The notes beneath the pieces were generated by a model. The model did not search any database. It was not told where the DNA came from and saw only the letters and a program-made list of their open reading frames with translations. 64,000 bases of DNA from an uncultured Chloroflexia bacterium (GTDB lineage: Bacteria; Chloroflexota; Limnocylindria; Limnocylindrales; CSP1-4): the NCBI GenBank assembly GCA_963833225.1, contig CAWHXD010000008.1, forward strand, positions 64,001-128,000, given 5' to 3'. Positions 17,120 through 27,134 of this stretch are shown piece by piece. Position 1 is the first letter of the stretch, and each line of letters opens with the position of its first letter. The position numbers were made by a program, and so were the translations under genes.

Positions 17120-20051
17120 TCAAGTCCGCGGCGTTCTCCATGTGCGTGACCTCGAGGAACGCCCAGCGGCCCAGACCGCTCCAGTTGTTGATCGCCGGGG
17201 TCCAGAGGTCGCCGGCGGCCGCCACCTTGGCCTGCTTCTCCTTCTTCGCCTCGCCGGAGACCTCCAGCAGCAGGGTGAGGAGGTCGTCGTCGCCCCGTGA
17301 GGCGGGATCGCGCAGGCGGATGAGAAAGTCGGGCACGTAGTTGGCGGCGCGGCCCTCGTAGGTGTACGGGATCTTGAGGTTGAGGCCCTGGTTCTTCGCG
17401 TAGGCCACGACCTCGGGCATCTGCTCCAGCTTCTGGGCGAGCTCCGTCTCCCAGTGCGAGTCCTGGGCAACCTTGTTGATTGGGCTCTTGCCGGTGTCGA
17501 AGCAGACCTTCGTGGTCTCGAAGTACACGTCGTCGGTGGAGCCGATGGCGTCGTAGGGGCGCAGGATCGGGATCATCCGCTTCTCGCCGGGGGTGCCCAT
17601 GACGATGGCGCGGTGGACCTTCTCCGCCGCGGCGTGGCTCCACTCGGCCAGCAGGAGCAGCTGCGGGTAGGCACCGTCGCCGAGATACGGGATGACACAC
17701 TCGTCCAGCCAGCGCCGCGTGATCGTCGTCAGCTGCGGGAACAGCCAGGGGCGCTCGCCGCCTTCGGGGTCCCGGAAGTAGGTGTCCAGGGTCCGCTTAG
17801 CCACCGCGAACACGACCGTGTTGAGGCGCTGCTTGTCCAGCGGCAGCTCGAGCAGGTTCATCTCGCCCACGATCGGGTCCAGCTCGGTCTGCGTGGGGAC
17901 CTCGCGGGTGGAGAGCTCCAGGACGCTCTTCTCGTCGAACGTCGCTGTCAGGCGTTCGGCCGGCATCTCGTACCGGTAGCCGATGACGCGCGGGAACTCG
18001 ATTCGGAGGCTGGATCGCTCAGGCAGCGCGCGGACGGTCTGGATCGGCTTGGGCGCCCGCACGGTGCCGGGCTTCGTGGTCGTGAGGAAGGTGAAGGGCA
18101 CGCCCAGGACCTCGGCGTACTCGGGCTCGAACATGCCGTCGGGCGTGGGGTCGTAGCTCGCTCGGCGGAGCGCCCGGCCAACGACCTGCTCGCACAGGAG
18201 CTGCGTTCCGAACGCGCGGATGCCCAGGACGTGGGTGACGGTGTTGGCGTCCCAGCCCTCGGTGAGCATCGAGACCGACACCACGCAGCGGATGTCCGCG
18301 CCCAGCCGACCGGGCTTGCCGACGGTGTTGAGGACCTCGCGCAGGATGTCCTCGTCCTGGAGATCGTCGGCGCTGCGCCCCGGGAAGCGGGCGATGTACT
18401 CGCGCTTGAACTCCTCGATCTCGCGGGCGGCGGCCCTCTTGAACGCGGGGTCCAGGGCGTCGCCGCGGTCCAGCTGCATGGAGTCGATGAGGAGGCTCAC
18501 CGGGCGGTGGCGCCAGCGGTCGCCGTCCACGTTGCTGAACAGGGGGAGCTTGCCGGGCGCGGCGACGGTCTCACCGCCCTGGAGGGTACGGTCATAGCCC
18601 GCGATCCAGTCGTAGACGAGCTTGCTCACGCTGGTGTTCGAGCAGACGACGATGAACACCGGGGGCCGGCCCATGCCGGCGCCTTCCCATTCGTCGTACG
18701 AGCGCTGGTAGTCGCCGTAGAGGCTCTCGAGCGCGCCTTCGAGCACCTTGGGCAGCGTGGGGTCACCCTCGCCGACGGTCGTGTCCTTGAGGCCCTTGCG
18801 TGGGAGCCCGTCGCGCACATGGACCCACAGGTCGCGGTACTTGGGCAGGTCACCGACCATCGAGTCGTCCGAGACGGGCACGCGGGGGATCTTGACGATG
18901 CCGGATTCGATGGCGTCCATCAGTCCGAAGTCGCTCACGACCCACGGGAACAGGGTGCCCTCCGGATAGCCGGATCCTTTCAGGAAGAAGGGCGTCGCGG
19001 AGACGTCAAAGATGCTGCGGATGCCGATCTTGTCGCGGACGGCCTTGAGGCCGTCAAACCAGACCCGTGCCTCCTCGGCGTTCTTGCGCGCCTCCGTGCG
19101 CTCGTCGGCGTCCAGGCCGCCCTCCGCCGCCTCCTCGGGTGGCGCCGGCGTGTAGCAGTGGTGCGCCTCGTCGTTGAGGACCACGATGTCCTTGGCGGTG
19201 CCGAACACGCGGCAGACGCGGCGGACCATCTCGCCCGGCGTCTCCTTGAAGCGCTCCAGGTCCCCGCCGGGGCCCGCCAGGATCTTCTTCGTCAGCGCGG
19301 CTGCCTGCTCCTTCTCGCGGCGGATCAAGGCGTGGTAGTTGGTGATCTCGATGGTCGCCGACTGGAGGCGGTCCAGCTGCTCCGGCGTCACGATGTCCAT
19401 CGAGCGGAAGAAGGTCTGGGGGTCGTTGGGGAGCAGGACGCGGAGGCGGTCGCGGATCGTGATGCCCGGGGTCACGATCAGGAAACGGTGGGCAAAGCGC
19501 TTGTCGTACGGGTCCGCGAGCTTGTTGAGGGCCTGCCAGGCGATGAGCATCGCCATCACGACGGTCTTGCCCGAGCCCGTGGCCATCTTGAAGGCCAGTC
19601 TCGGCAGGCCGGCGTTCAGGCGCACGTTCTCCTGCCGGATCACGTTGAGGGCCTTGGTGTCGCCGATCTTCTCCGCGGCTTCGGTGAGGTAGATCGCTGT
19701 CTCCGCCGCCTCCACCTGGCAGAAGAACAGGCGGCGCTCACGATCATCCGCCCGCCAGTGCGCAAGCAGATCCTTCGTGATCGCCGTGGTGTGCGGGTAG
19801 CCCTGGAGGCGCCACCGGGAGACGGCCTGGCGGACCTCGTTGACGATCTCGTTCTGCTGCTGTCGGGTCCCGCCGCCGAACTGGATCGCCAGCTGCGCCG
19901 ATGCCTTCTTGGGCTTCGCGACCGGGACGAAGAATTCTGAGGCGCGGCGCCTGGGCTCGATGTCCCCGCTGACCAGGCCGTCGACCACCCGGAAGTGCTT
20001 CGCGGGCTCCACGAACGGCGAGTTGATGACGGGGTTGTCGATGGTGGTCAT
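17079..20051 (-). CDS. res: Type III restriction endonuclease Res subunit (BPTD_3080-like)
   Basis: SF2 helicase motifs KMATGSGKT, NDEAHH, SATP, MLTEGWD, EQVVGR; C-terminal nuclease YVPDF...LEVSG. Confidence 0.92.
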   Translation of the reverse strand: MTTIDNPVINSPFVEPAKHFRVVDGLVSGDIEPRRRASEFFVPVAKPKKASAQLAIQFGGGTRQQQNEIVNEVRQAVSRWRLQGYPHTTAITKDLLAHWRADDRERRLFFCQVEAAETAIYLTEAAEKIGDTKALNVIRQENVRLNAGLPRLAFKMATGSGKTVVMAMLIAWQALNKLADPYDKRFAHRFLIVTPGITIRDRLRVLLPNDPQTFFRSMDIVTPEQLDRLQSATIEITNYHALIRREKEQAAALTKKILAGPGGDLERFKETPGEMVRRVCRVFGTAKDIVVLNDEAHHCYTPAPPEEAAEGGLDADERTEARKNAEEARVWFDGLKAVRDKIGIRSIFDVSATPFFLKGSGYPEGTLFPWVVSDFGLMDAIESGIVKIPRVPVSDDSMVGDLPKYRDLWVHVRDGLPRKGLKDTTVGEGDPTLPKVLEGALESLYGDYQRSYDEWEGAGMGRPPVFIVVCSNTSVSKLVYDWIAGYDRTLQGGETVAAPGKLPLFSNVDGDRWRHRPVSLLIDSMQLDRGDALDPAFKRAAAREIEEFKREYIARFPGRSADDLQDEDILREVLNTVGKPGRLGADIRCVVSVSMLTEGWDANTVTHVLGIRAFGTQLLCEQVVGRALRRASYDPTPDGMFEPEYAEVLGVPFTFLTTTKPGTVRAPKPIQTVRALPERSSLRIEFPRVIGYRYEMPAERLTATFDEKSVLELSTREVPTQTELDPIVGEMNLLELPLDKQRLNTVVFAVAKRTLDTYFRDPEGGERPWLFPQLTTITRRWLDECVIPYLGDGAYPQLLLLAEWSHAAAEKVHRAIVMGTPGEKRMIPILRPYDAIGSTDDVYFETTKVCFDTGKSPINKVAQDSHWETELAQKLEQMPEVVAYAKNQGLNLKIPYTYEGRAANYVPDFLIRLRDPASRGDDDLLTLLLEVSGEAKKEKQAKVAAAGDLWTPAINNWSGLGRWAFLEVTHMENAADLIRSRFLAPAKAQL

Positions 20052-20293
20052 CCGGGCACTTCGGAGTCGAAGCAGCCGCGCTTCCAGACGTCGGCGAAGC
20101 CGTCGCCCCCACCGGCCTTCTCCACCCGGCGCTCAAAGGCGTAGGCCTCGCCGGTGGGGTCGGCCTCCATCGGCCCGGGCTCCCCCACCATCGCGCACAC
20201 GTCGAGGAAGTGGCTCTGGGCGGAGGCCTTCTCGGTGGTGGTGACGCCGCGCCAGCGGGCGGCGAAGGCGGCTGGCGTCAGGGTCGGGGGCAT
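20048..20293 (-). pseudogene. Truncated N-terminal fragment of an MmeI-like type IIL/IIG R-M enzyme
   Basis: TPAAFAARW, EKASAQSHFLDVC, YAFER, GFADVWKRGCF followed by abrupt divergence; 81 aa. Confidence 0.7.
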
Positions 20294-20514
20294 GTCCCGT
20301 CCCCCTCAGGCCGCGCTCGCGTCGGCATCCTGCCCGTGTGCCCTCCCTGTGCCGGCTGGTGGTCCGACTCCCCTACTCTACGCCGCCGGGGTGGCGAGGC
20401 GCTCGGTCGGGTCACCAGGAATGCGACTGTCGTTCAACACGGGTTCGGCCCACGGGCCGACCGCCGCCGTGCCACCATGTCCGCGCCCAGGATGCGCAGC
20501 TACAGGGACGCAGG

Positions 20515-21447
20515 ATGGAAGTCGAGCCGCAGCCGCAGTCCGCTGGACCCTCAGCGGAGCCCGATCGAGCGGCCGCACCGCCCCAGTCGCCAGGGTCGCC
20601 TGAGGCGCCCGCGCCGATCTCCGGTGGGTTCGCTGATGGACGGTCGGCCGGCGTGATTGAGCCCCCGCCAGGCACGCCGCTGCCGCCTGCAGCAGGCGCT
20701 GGGCTGGGCTGGGCAGTTCCGACGCCCGCGCCGGCGGCCCCCGCAGGTCCGGTCCGCACCGTCGTCATCCCAATGGTGGCGCTCGCCGCGGCGATGCTCA
20801 TCGCCGGCTGGTCGGCCTACCGCGTCAAGGGGCCGCCGTCCGATGACTACGCGGTCGGCTACCTGCTCGGGTCAATCGCCGGCGTGTTGCTCGTCGCGGG
20901 AATCGCGCTGGTCATCGCCCGCAAGGTCATCGGGCGCGCCTTCCCCGCCCGGTACCGCCTCATCGCGGCGGTCACTGCGCTCGTGCTGACAATCATGACC
21001 AGTGCCGCCAGCATTGGTGCGGCGATTCGCCCACCCGCGGATCCGGCCGCCGCCATGGTCATCGCAGCCCCGTACTCACTGTCCCCGGCCAGCGCGGAGA
21101 TCGAGCAGGAGTTCCGCGCGATTTCGGACGGCGGGAATCAGCTTGTCGCCGTCAGGCTGGTGACCGACGAGACCGGCACCACGGTGGCGATCCTCGTGGC
21201 CACCCCCGGTGCCCAGACGCCCGAGTTCTGGGCGGGCCTCGACCGCGGGTTCGCCGACGCGGTCGGCGACGGCGCCGTCACGCCCACCACGTTCCACGGT
21301 CAGGAGGCTCGAGAGGTCCAGGGGAATGGCGTTGCCGCGATGGCGTGGATCGGCTCGGACGAGCTGCTCGTGGTGGTCTACGCGGACTCGAACGCCATGG
21401 CCCTGTCAGTGGCGGAAGCACAGGTCCGCGCCGTCGGCACCAGGTAG
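20515..21447 (+). CDS. Membrane protein with Pro-rich N-terminus and three TM helices
   Basis: Hydrophobic segments and coding bias. Confidence 0.7.
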   Translation: MEVEPQPQSAGPSAEPDRAAAPPQSPGSPEAPAPISGGFADGRSAGVIEPPPGTPLPPAAGAGLGWAVPTPAPAAPAGPVRTVVIPMVALAAAMLIAGWSAYRVKGPPSDDYAVGYLLGSIAGVLLVAGIALVIARKVIGRAFPARYRLIAAVTALVLTIMTSAASIGAAIRPPADPAAAMVIAAPYSLSPASAEIEQEFRAISDGGNQLVAVRLVTDETGTTVAILVATPGAQTPEFWAGLDRGFADAVGDGAVTPTTFHGQEAREVQGNGVAAMAWIGSDELLVVVYADSNAMALSVAEAQVRAVGTR

Positions 21448-21566
21448 GAGCGGGCCGCAGACCGGAGGGCGGCGACAGTCGGCGCGGGGAGCCTGGCGTT
21501 GCTATCGTTCGTAGCGGCGTCCGTCAATCAGGTACTGCGGGGCAGTGCCGGGACAGAGGGGGAACG

Positions 21567-23744
21567 ATGCGTCGCTTCACGGTCTTGTTGGCCGCCTTCA
21601 TGCTGTCGTTCTCCGCCGGAGCCCCAGGATCGGCGCTGGTGCCGTTCGCGTCCGCCCATGACCCGGTGGTGCTGGGTGATCCTGCCGGCTCGCCCGGACC
21701 CCTGCCGCCAGCGGTGGGGGCGGATGTTCCGGCCGTCGTGAGCGGCAGCCCGGACCTCCAGCCAGCGACCGCTCCGGCCGCGGGGGCGGCGCCGACGGAC
21801 ATCACGCCGACCGTGTCCTGGGTCTACCAGTTCAACAACGGCACGTACATCGTCGGCCAGCCGACGCAGGTGTACGGCGTCGTGAGCCCGACGCCCGACG
21901 GCGGAACCATGACGCTGTACGTCGACGGCGTCGCCACCGACACCGAGCCGTGGGTCTCTGGGCTCACGGGCCTGAACTGGACGCCGGCCTCCACCGGCAC
22001 CCACGACGTCGCGGTCACGTACAGCGGCACGGCCGCCTACGGGCCCTCCTCGGGCACCGAGATCGCCACGGTCATCCCGCCGTTTCCGAGCGTCCACCTG
22101 TCGGTCAATCCATCGACCGTGACCCGGAACCATCCGGTCACCCTCACGCTCGCCGTGACCCCGGATCCGGGGGTTGGGGAGGTCGCCTTCGAGATCGATG
22201 ACACGATCGTCGCGACCGTCGCGCTGGATGCTGGGACGGCGACCTTCGACGCCTCGATCAGCGACGTTGGGCAGCACTACGTCGTGGCCAGGTTCCTGGG
22301 CAACGAGAGCTGGTCCACGCAGTCGGACGCCGCATGGATCTGGGTGACCGGCGACGTCACCACGATCAGCATGGACCTGCCGACGCAGCCGATCCCGCCT
22401 GGACCGCGAACCGTCCACGTCACGCTCGACCCGGATCCCGGGGAAGGCGTGGTCCAGTGGAGTCTCTACCCCTCGGCGCAGTCAGGGGAGGTACCGATTG
22501 GCCCCGGTGGCGCGGCCCAGATCGACCTGACAGAGCTCTCGGTCGGCGACTACATCCTGGATATCATCTATCCGGGTTCCGACATCCGGCAGCGGACCAC
22601 GTCGAGCGTCAGGTTCAAGGTGCGCCCCGCCACCACGACGACGCTGACCACGGATCGGACCGTGGCGTACGTTGGTGAGGCGGCGCCGGTGCTGAAGGCG
22701 TTCGTGACCACCGCGGACAGCTGCACCGACGGCACCCTGACGATCATGGACGACGCCGGTTCGGGGCCTGTCGAGCTGGCCACACCGACGGCGTCCATCT
22801 GCGCGGCCGATGGCATGGGCTACACCTACGTGACGAACGCCCTTGCCATCGGCACGCACAACATCACGGCACGGTTTGACGGCGGTACGGGCCTCGCACC
22901 CTCGACCAGCGAGCCGGTGGTGATCACGGTCAGCCCGGACACGGCCGTCCACGCGTCGTTCAAGCCGTCGTCGGCAAAGGTCTTCGCGTACCGGGACGGG
23001 TACCGGGACACGGTCACCCTGGGTGGCAAGCTCGATGAGCTGGCGAACGTGACCATCCGCATCTACACCAGCGGTGGATCGCTGAAGCGGACCTGGAAGC
23101 TGGGCAGCAAGGATGCCGGCTCCTACGGCGTCAAGTGGAACGGCACGACATCGAGCGGATCGAGGGTGGCGGCGGGCAAGTACACCGCCAAGGCCACCTT
23201 CAAGGATGCCCTCGGGCATACCAGAACGATCACCGGCAAGGTGACCGTCAGCTGGCGACAGGCGGCGTGGAAGACGGGCACCGTGATCACGAAGTACGGC
23301 GACCAGTTCGCCTACTACGCCAACGAGACCACGGGACACCTGTTCAAGAGCCCCGACTACCCTCGAGGGCGGACGATGGACGCGGGCGAGATGGATCGCA
23401 ATTGCGATCCCTGCGCCTTCATCTACGGCGTGCGAGCGTTCCAGCTCAACACCAAGGTGATCGCGTACCGGAAGATCTACGCGACGCTCTACGGCCATGG
23501 CTACACCGACCGGGACCACCCGGGCACCGGGTATGCCGTCGACCCCAAGACCGGCGCCTGGGAACACGGAACGCCGCTGCCCGAGTACATGCAGAGCGGG
23601 GTCACCCACAACATCACCATCCCGGCGTCGTACGTGGACAGCTCCGACCGGGTAAAGGTCGTGCTCTACATGACGCAGAAGTGGGGCGACGCATGGGACG
23701 TTCACGCCCTGAAGCTGCACTACCAGTACGCGGTCTGGAAGTAG
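21567..23744 (+). CDS. Secreted Ig-like (Big_3) repeat protein with FlgD-Ig-like domain
   Basis: Signal peptide; GTHDVAVTYSG/GTHNITARFDG repeats; VTIRIYT...WNGT...VAAGKY motif. Confidence 0.8.
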   Translation: MRRFTVLLAAFMLSFSAGAPGSALVPFASAHDPVVLGDPAGSPGPLPPAVGADVPAVVSGSPDLQPATAPAAGAAPTDITPTVSWVYQFNNGTYIVGQPTQVYGVVSPTPDGGTMTLYVDGVATDTEPWVSGLTGLNWTPASTGTHDVAVTYSGTAAYGPSSGTEIATVIPPFPSVHLSVNPSTVTRNHPVTLTLAVTPDPGVGEVAFEIDDTIVATVALDAGTATFDASISDVGQHYVVARFLGNESWSTQSDAAWIWVTGDVTTISMDLPTQPIPPGPRTVHVTLDPDPGEGVVQWSLYPSAQSGEVPIGPGGAAQIDLTELSVGDYILDIIYPGSDIRQRTTSSVRFKVRPATTTTLTTDRTVAYVGEAAPVLKAFVTTADSCTDGTLTIMDDAGSGPVELATPTASICAADGMGYTYVTNALAIGTHNITARFDGGTGLAPSTSEPVVITVSPDTAVHASFKPSSAKVFAYRDGYRDTVTLGGKLDELANVTIRIYTSGGSLKRTWKLGSKDAGSYGVKWNGTTSSGSRVAAGKYTAKATFKDALGHTRTITGKVTVSWRQAAWKTGTVITKYGDQFAYYANETTGHLFKSPDYPRGRTMDAGEMDRNCDPCAFIYGVRAFQLNTKVIAYRKIYATLYGHGYTDRDHPGTGYAVDPKTGAWEHGTPLPEYMQSGVTHNITIPASYVDSSDRVKVVLYMTQKWGDAWDVHALKLHYQYAVWK

Positions 23745-23913
23745 GTCGTTGCTGCGGGCAAGCGAGTCGATCGGAGCTTGGACAGATCTGGCGGAACCGA
23801 CGCAGCAAGCCGCGACTTGCCTGTCGGGGTATCGCGACGCCATTGGGTAGAGTCGCGCGACCTCACACAGTAGACTCGAGGACCAGCCATCCCCGCCCCC
23901 TGGAGGTGCGTTC

Positions 23914-24637
23914 ATGACCATGGAGTACGTCTCCCTGCCCGGTGAGTCCGCTCCGCCCGTTCCCGACGGGCCGAAGCTGTGCAACGGCGACGACATGCGC
24001 ATCCTGCACAACGCGTTCCTGTGGGCATACGCAGAGGCACCCGGACTCGTGCGCGGCGCCCCCGGCGGTGACGTGGCGCGCAGCGAGTTCCTCGGCCAGT
24101 GGCTCGCCGATCTCGACGCGACGCTGCACACGCATCACGAGAGCGAGGACGAGCTCCTGTGGGGCAAGCTCGAGCAGCGCGCTCCCGCCTGCGCGCTCCA
24201 CGTCGGCCAGATGCGCGCGCACCACGCGCAGGTCGCGGGATTGCTCGAGGAGGCGAGCCCGCTCCTCGCCCGATGGCGCGCGACGGCCGACCCGGCGGTC
24301 GGTGAACAGCTGGCCGATGCCTACGAGCGGATGCTCGAGGTGCTGAAGGTGCATCTCCGCCGTGAGGTGGTGGAGGTCGTCCCGGTCGCCGAGCGGGTGA
24401 TGTCACCAGGCAGAGTGGTCGGCGATGGGCGACCACAGTGTCGGGGCGATCCCGAAGAGTCGACTCCTGCCGCAACTCGGGATGCTGCTCGCGAACTCGA
24501 CGCCGGCGGACCGCAAGGCCTTCTACGCGGGCACGCCCCTGTCCGTGAAGGTCCTCTGGCGCCTCGTCGGCAAGCGCCAGTACGCGAAGCAGTTCCAGCA
24601 GCTGTTCCCGGGCAGGTCCGTCCCACCGACCCTCTGA
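23914..24637 (+). CDS. Hemerythrin-domain protein (frameshift near 24410)
   Basis: MRILHNAF, HTHHESEDELLW, AHHAQV, HLRRE; continues in ORF 24425..24637. Confidence 0.8.
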
Positions 24638-24780
24638 CGTGTACCTGCATGAGCCTCGATGACCTGATCCGTTCCGGCGAGGTCTCACGGCCGGGTGGGT
24701 GCGGCGACGCATCTTGACGCCAGGCGGGCGTCGGCAGACGATGAGCTCGCCCATGGACCACGACCGCCGGAGGGCTTGAG

Positions 24781-25020
24781 ATGCTCGAGGGATCACTCTG
24801 GGCGACTCGCCACGCCCTGTGGGAGGAGGAGCAGCGCAAGGCGGAAGAGACCGAGGCGCTCGACGCCACGCGGCACCGACTGGACGCTGACGAGGAGGAG
24901 GCCTTCGCCACTCGGCATGCCAAGGGGCGGCGTGCGCTGCGGAAGCCTGAGGCCGCCGGTTCGCGAGATGACGCTGTCCAGGCTCAGGGCGGCACCGCGC
25001 GGAGTCGGGCGAACAAGTAG
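24781..25020 (+). CDS. Small hypothetical protein with three ATRH repeats
   Basis: SD GGAGG; charged, helix-like 79 aa. Confidence 0.55.
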   Translation: MLEGSLWATRHALWEEEQRKAEETEALDATRHRLDADEEEAFATRHAKGRRALRKPEAAGSRDDAVQAQGGTARSRANK

Positions 25021-25068
25021 GCGAGGACCGCAATTGCGCGGATCCCGTCAGCGCTCGATCCTCCTCAG

Positions 25069-25683
25069 ATGAAGATCTTCTTCCGCTCGACGGCTTCTGA
25101 CCGGCAGTCGCGCGGACGCGTCGTGGCGTCGTGGTTCTTCATCGCGGCCACTGCCGCCGCGAGCCTGTCCGCCTGCGGCGGCTATTGGCCGCCTCCGAGT
25201 CCGACGACGTCGTTCCGCCCGGAGATCATCGGCGTCGCCACGGACGTGACATCGCTCGAATGCGGCGTCTCGAGGGTCGTGCTCGAAAGCGGAGACCAGG
25301 TCGATCTCGACCTGGTCGGGAGCTCGCTCGACTACGACACGCCGTGCCCGGAGACTGACTCGCCGTCGGCTTGGCGGGCCTTCGGCGACAACCACGCGGA
25401 CACGGCCGCGGATCGCCTGTTCTTCTACGGCCACGACACGAGTGGCGGCGCCTGGTATGGGTGGGCGACACCGACGGAGGGCTGCGACGCCGGAACCTAC
25501 GGCATCGGCGTGGGTGCGTGGGACGAGGGCGGGTCCTTCCACCTTCCGAAGGGGGTCGTGCTCGACAAGGCCACCGACTTCCGCGCGGCCGACACGGCCC
25601 GGGCGTTCGTGACCGCTGACGGCGAATTGTGCGTCAACGTCGCGGGAGCCGTCACGGCGACTTGGGAGCCGCCGGTTCTCTGA
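25069..25683 (+). CDS. Putative lipoprotein
   Basis: Hydrophobic leader ending in lipobox LSAC. Confidence 0.65.
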   Translation: MKIFFRSTASDRQSRGRVVASWFFIAATAAASLSACGGYWPPPSPTTSFRPEIIGVATDVTSLECGVSRVVLESGDQVDLDLVGSSLDYDTPCPETDSPSAWRAFGDNHADTAADRLFFYGHDTSGGAWYGWATPTEGCDAGTYGIGVGAWDEGGSFHLPKGVVLDKATDFRAADTARAFVTADGELCVNVAGAVTATWEPPVL

Positions 25684-25698
25684 TGCTCGAACGCCTCT

Positions 25699-26049
25699 TC
25701 AGTGGACAGCCGACATGCCGGCGATCGTGAGCCAGAGCATCAGTGCCAGGGCGACGGCCGGGACCACCAGCCCGCCGATCAGTGCGGCGATCGACACGCT
25801 CCGGGCATGAGCTTCGCGCATCACGCGAGCCGGCGCGCTCGGGGGCTGCGCCGCCCAGACCCAGATGAGCACGATGACGGCGATCATGCCGAGCACGCTG
25901 CCGAAGAAGGACAGGACCGCCGCTCCGACGCGGTCGACGGTCGGCCCGGCCAGCCACGGCTGGTCGAGAGGCACGTAGATCCGGGGATCCGGGGGCGGCG
26001 GCGGGCCGAGCGGATCGGGCCCAGGCGATGCGGCAGGCGGCAGGGTCAA
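25699..26049 (-). CDS. Small membrane protein
   Basis: Pro-rich start and two TM helices; start approximate. Confidence 0.5.
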   Translation of the reverse strand: MTLPPAASPGPDPLGPPPPPDPRIYVPLDQPWLAGPTVDRVGAAVLSFFGSVLGMIAVIVLIWVWAAQPPSAPARVMREAHARSVSIAALIGGLVVPAVALALMLWLTIAGMSAVH

Positions 26050-26165
26050 CGATCGGTCCCCCACGTTTGTGCTGCGCGGACGGCTCCGCGCCGGCCCCCA
26101 CACTCTCGCCACGGGTCGCGGGACATGTCAAGGTCGTCAGCGCCCCTTCTCGTGGATCGCTCAAG

Positions 26166-26197
26166 ATGCCACCTATGTATGGTACCGTGGGTGGCAT
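26166..26197. promoter_or_regulatory. Operator inverted repeat and extended -10 of an apparently leaderless TA operon
   Basis: ATGCCACC/GGTGGCAT; TG-G-TACCGT ends 7 nt before the ATG. Confidence 0.65.
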
Positions 26198-26522
26198 GGA
26201 GAAGACGACGATCTACCTGACGACCGAGCAGAAGGCGGCGCTAGCGGCCGCGGCACGGGAGCAGGGGCGCAGCGAGGCTCGCCTCATCCGCGACGGGATC
26301 GATGGCGTTCTCTCCGGGCGTCGGGTCGGCGAGACGGCGACCCCGCTGTCGAGCGTGCCGCCGCCGGTTGACGCGGCCCACGATGACCGACTCGCCCGGC
26401 CGCGCTGGGTGAGCCGCGAGACCTTCGTGCGGCAGCTCATCCCAGCTCAGGCCGATGCGGCGCTGCGCGCGGAGCTGCGCGACCTCGCTCCGGACCTGAC
26501 CGACGAGTCCCCTACCCGATGA
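26196..26522 (+). CDS. vapB: RHH (CopG-like) antitoxin with extended C-terminus
   Basis: MEKTTIYL...GRSEARLIRDGI; overlaps vapC start. Confidence 0.85.
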   Translation: MEKTTIYLTTEQKAALAAAAREQGRSEARLIRDGIDGVLSGRRVGETATPLSSVPPPVDAAHDDRLARPRWVSRETFVRQLIPAQADAALRAELRDLAPDLTDESPTR

Positions 26523-26905
26523 CCGACGGCCTCGCGGACACCAGCCTGTTCATCGCCCACGAGACCGGCCGGCCGCTCCGAACGGAGGCCCTGCCGGATC
26601 GGCTCGCGGTGTCGGTCATCACCATCGGCGAGCTGCGCGTCGGCGTCCTCGCTGCGCTCGACGTGGCGACCCGAGACCGGCGGCTCGGGACGCTGACGGC
26701 CGCGCTCGCTCTCGAGCCTGTTGCGGTCGACGAGGGGGTCGCCGCCGCGTGGGCTCGGCTCCGCGTCGACCTTCGCGATCGGGGCCTGCGGATGCGGGTC
26801 AACGACTCCTGGATCGCGGCGACAGCCATCGCCCTGGGCGTCCCGGTCGTCACCCAGGACGACGACTACGTGGAGCTGCCGGGCCTGGCCGTCATCCACG
26901 TCTGA
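26519..26905 (+). CDS. vapC: VapC PIN-domain toxin
   Basis: LADTSLFI, SVITIGEL, VNDSWIAATA, VVTQDDD. Confidence 0.92.
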   Translation: MTDGLADTSLFIAHETGRPLRTEALPDRLAVSVITIGELRVGVLAALDVATRDRRLGTLTAALALEPVAVDEGVAAAWARLRVDLRDRGLRMRVNDSWIAATAIALGVPVVTQDDDYVELPGLAVIHV

Positions 26906-26907
26906 GC

Positions 26908-26927
26908 ATGATACCGGCTGGTATCAT
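26908..26927. promoter_or_regulatory. Operator palindrome containing the -10 of the RHH-doc operon
   Basis: ATGATACC-GGCT-GGTATCAT; TATCAT ends 6 nt before ATG 26934. Confidence 0.7.
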
Positions 26928-26933
26928 CTGGCA

Positions 26934-27134
26934 ATGCCGATGACACTCCGCCTCACACCCGAGGAGACCGAGGCGCTTCGCGAGACCGCGCGCCGCGAGC
27001 ACCGCTCCATGCAGGCGGTCGCCCGCGAGGCGATCGCTGTGTACGTAGCGAGCCGGACCCGGCGCCGGGACGAGCACCTCGTCCGGATCGTGGCCGAGGA
27101 CGCCGAGCTCTTGCGACGCCTCGGCAGCATGTGA
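26934..27134 (+). CDS. RHH antitoxin of the Doc toxin
   Basis: MPMTLRLTPEETEALR...RSMQAVAREAI; overlaps doc start. Confidence 0.8.
   Translation: MPMTLRLTPEETEALRETARREHRSMQAVAREAIAVYVASRTRRRDEHLVRIVAEDAELLRRLGSM

Noticed and set aside
17454-19940. Long antisense or alternative-frame ORFs (e.g. 17454..19940 +, 41300..44137 -, 29885..32089 +, 47317..49032 +)
   Set aside because: Shadow ORFs expected in very GC-rich DNA; they overlap well-supported genes and lack motifs
20425-20447. LexA box upstream of the R-M operon (CAAC-ACGG-GTTC)
   Set aside because: Mismatch in a core position and no clear overlapping promoter
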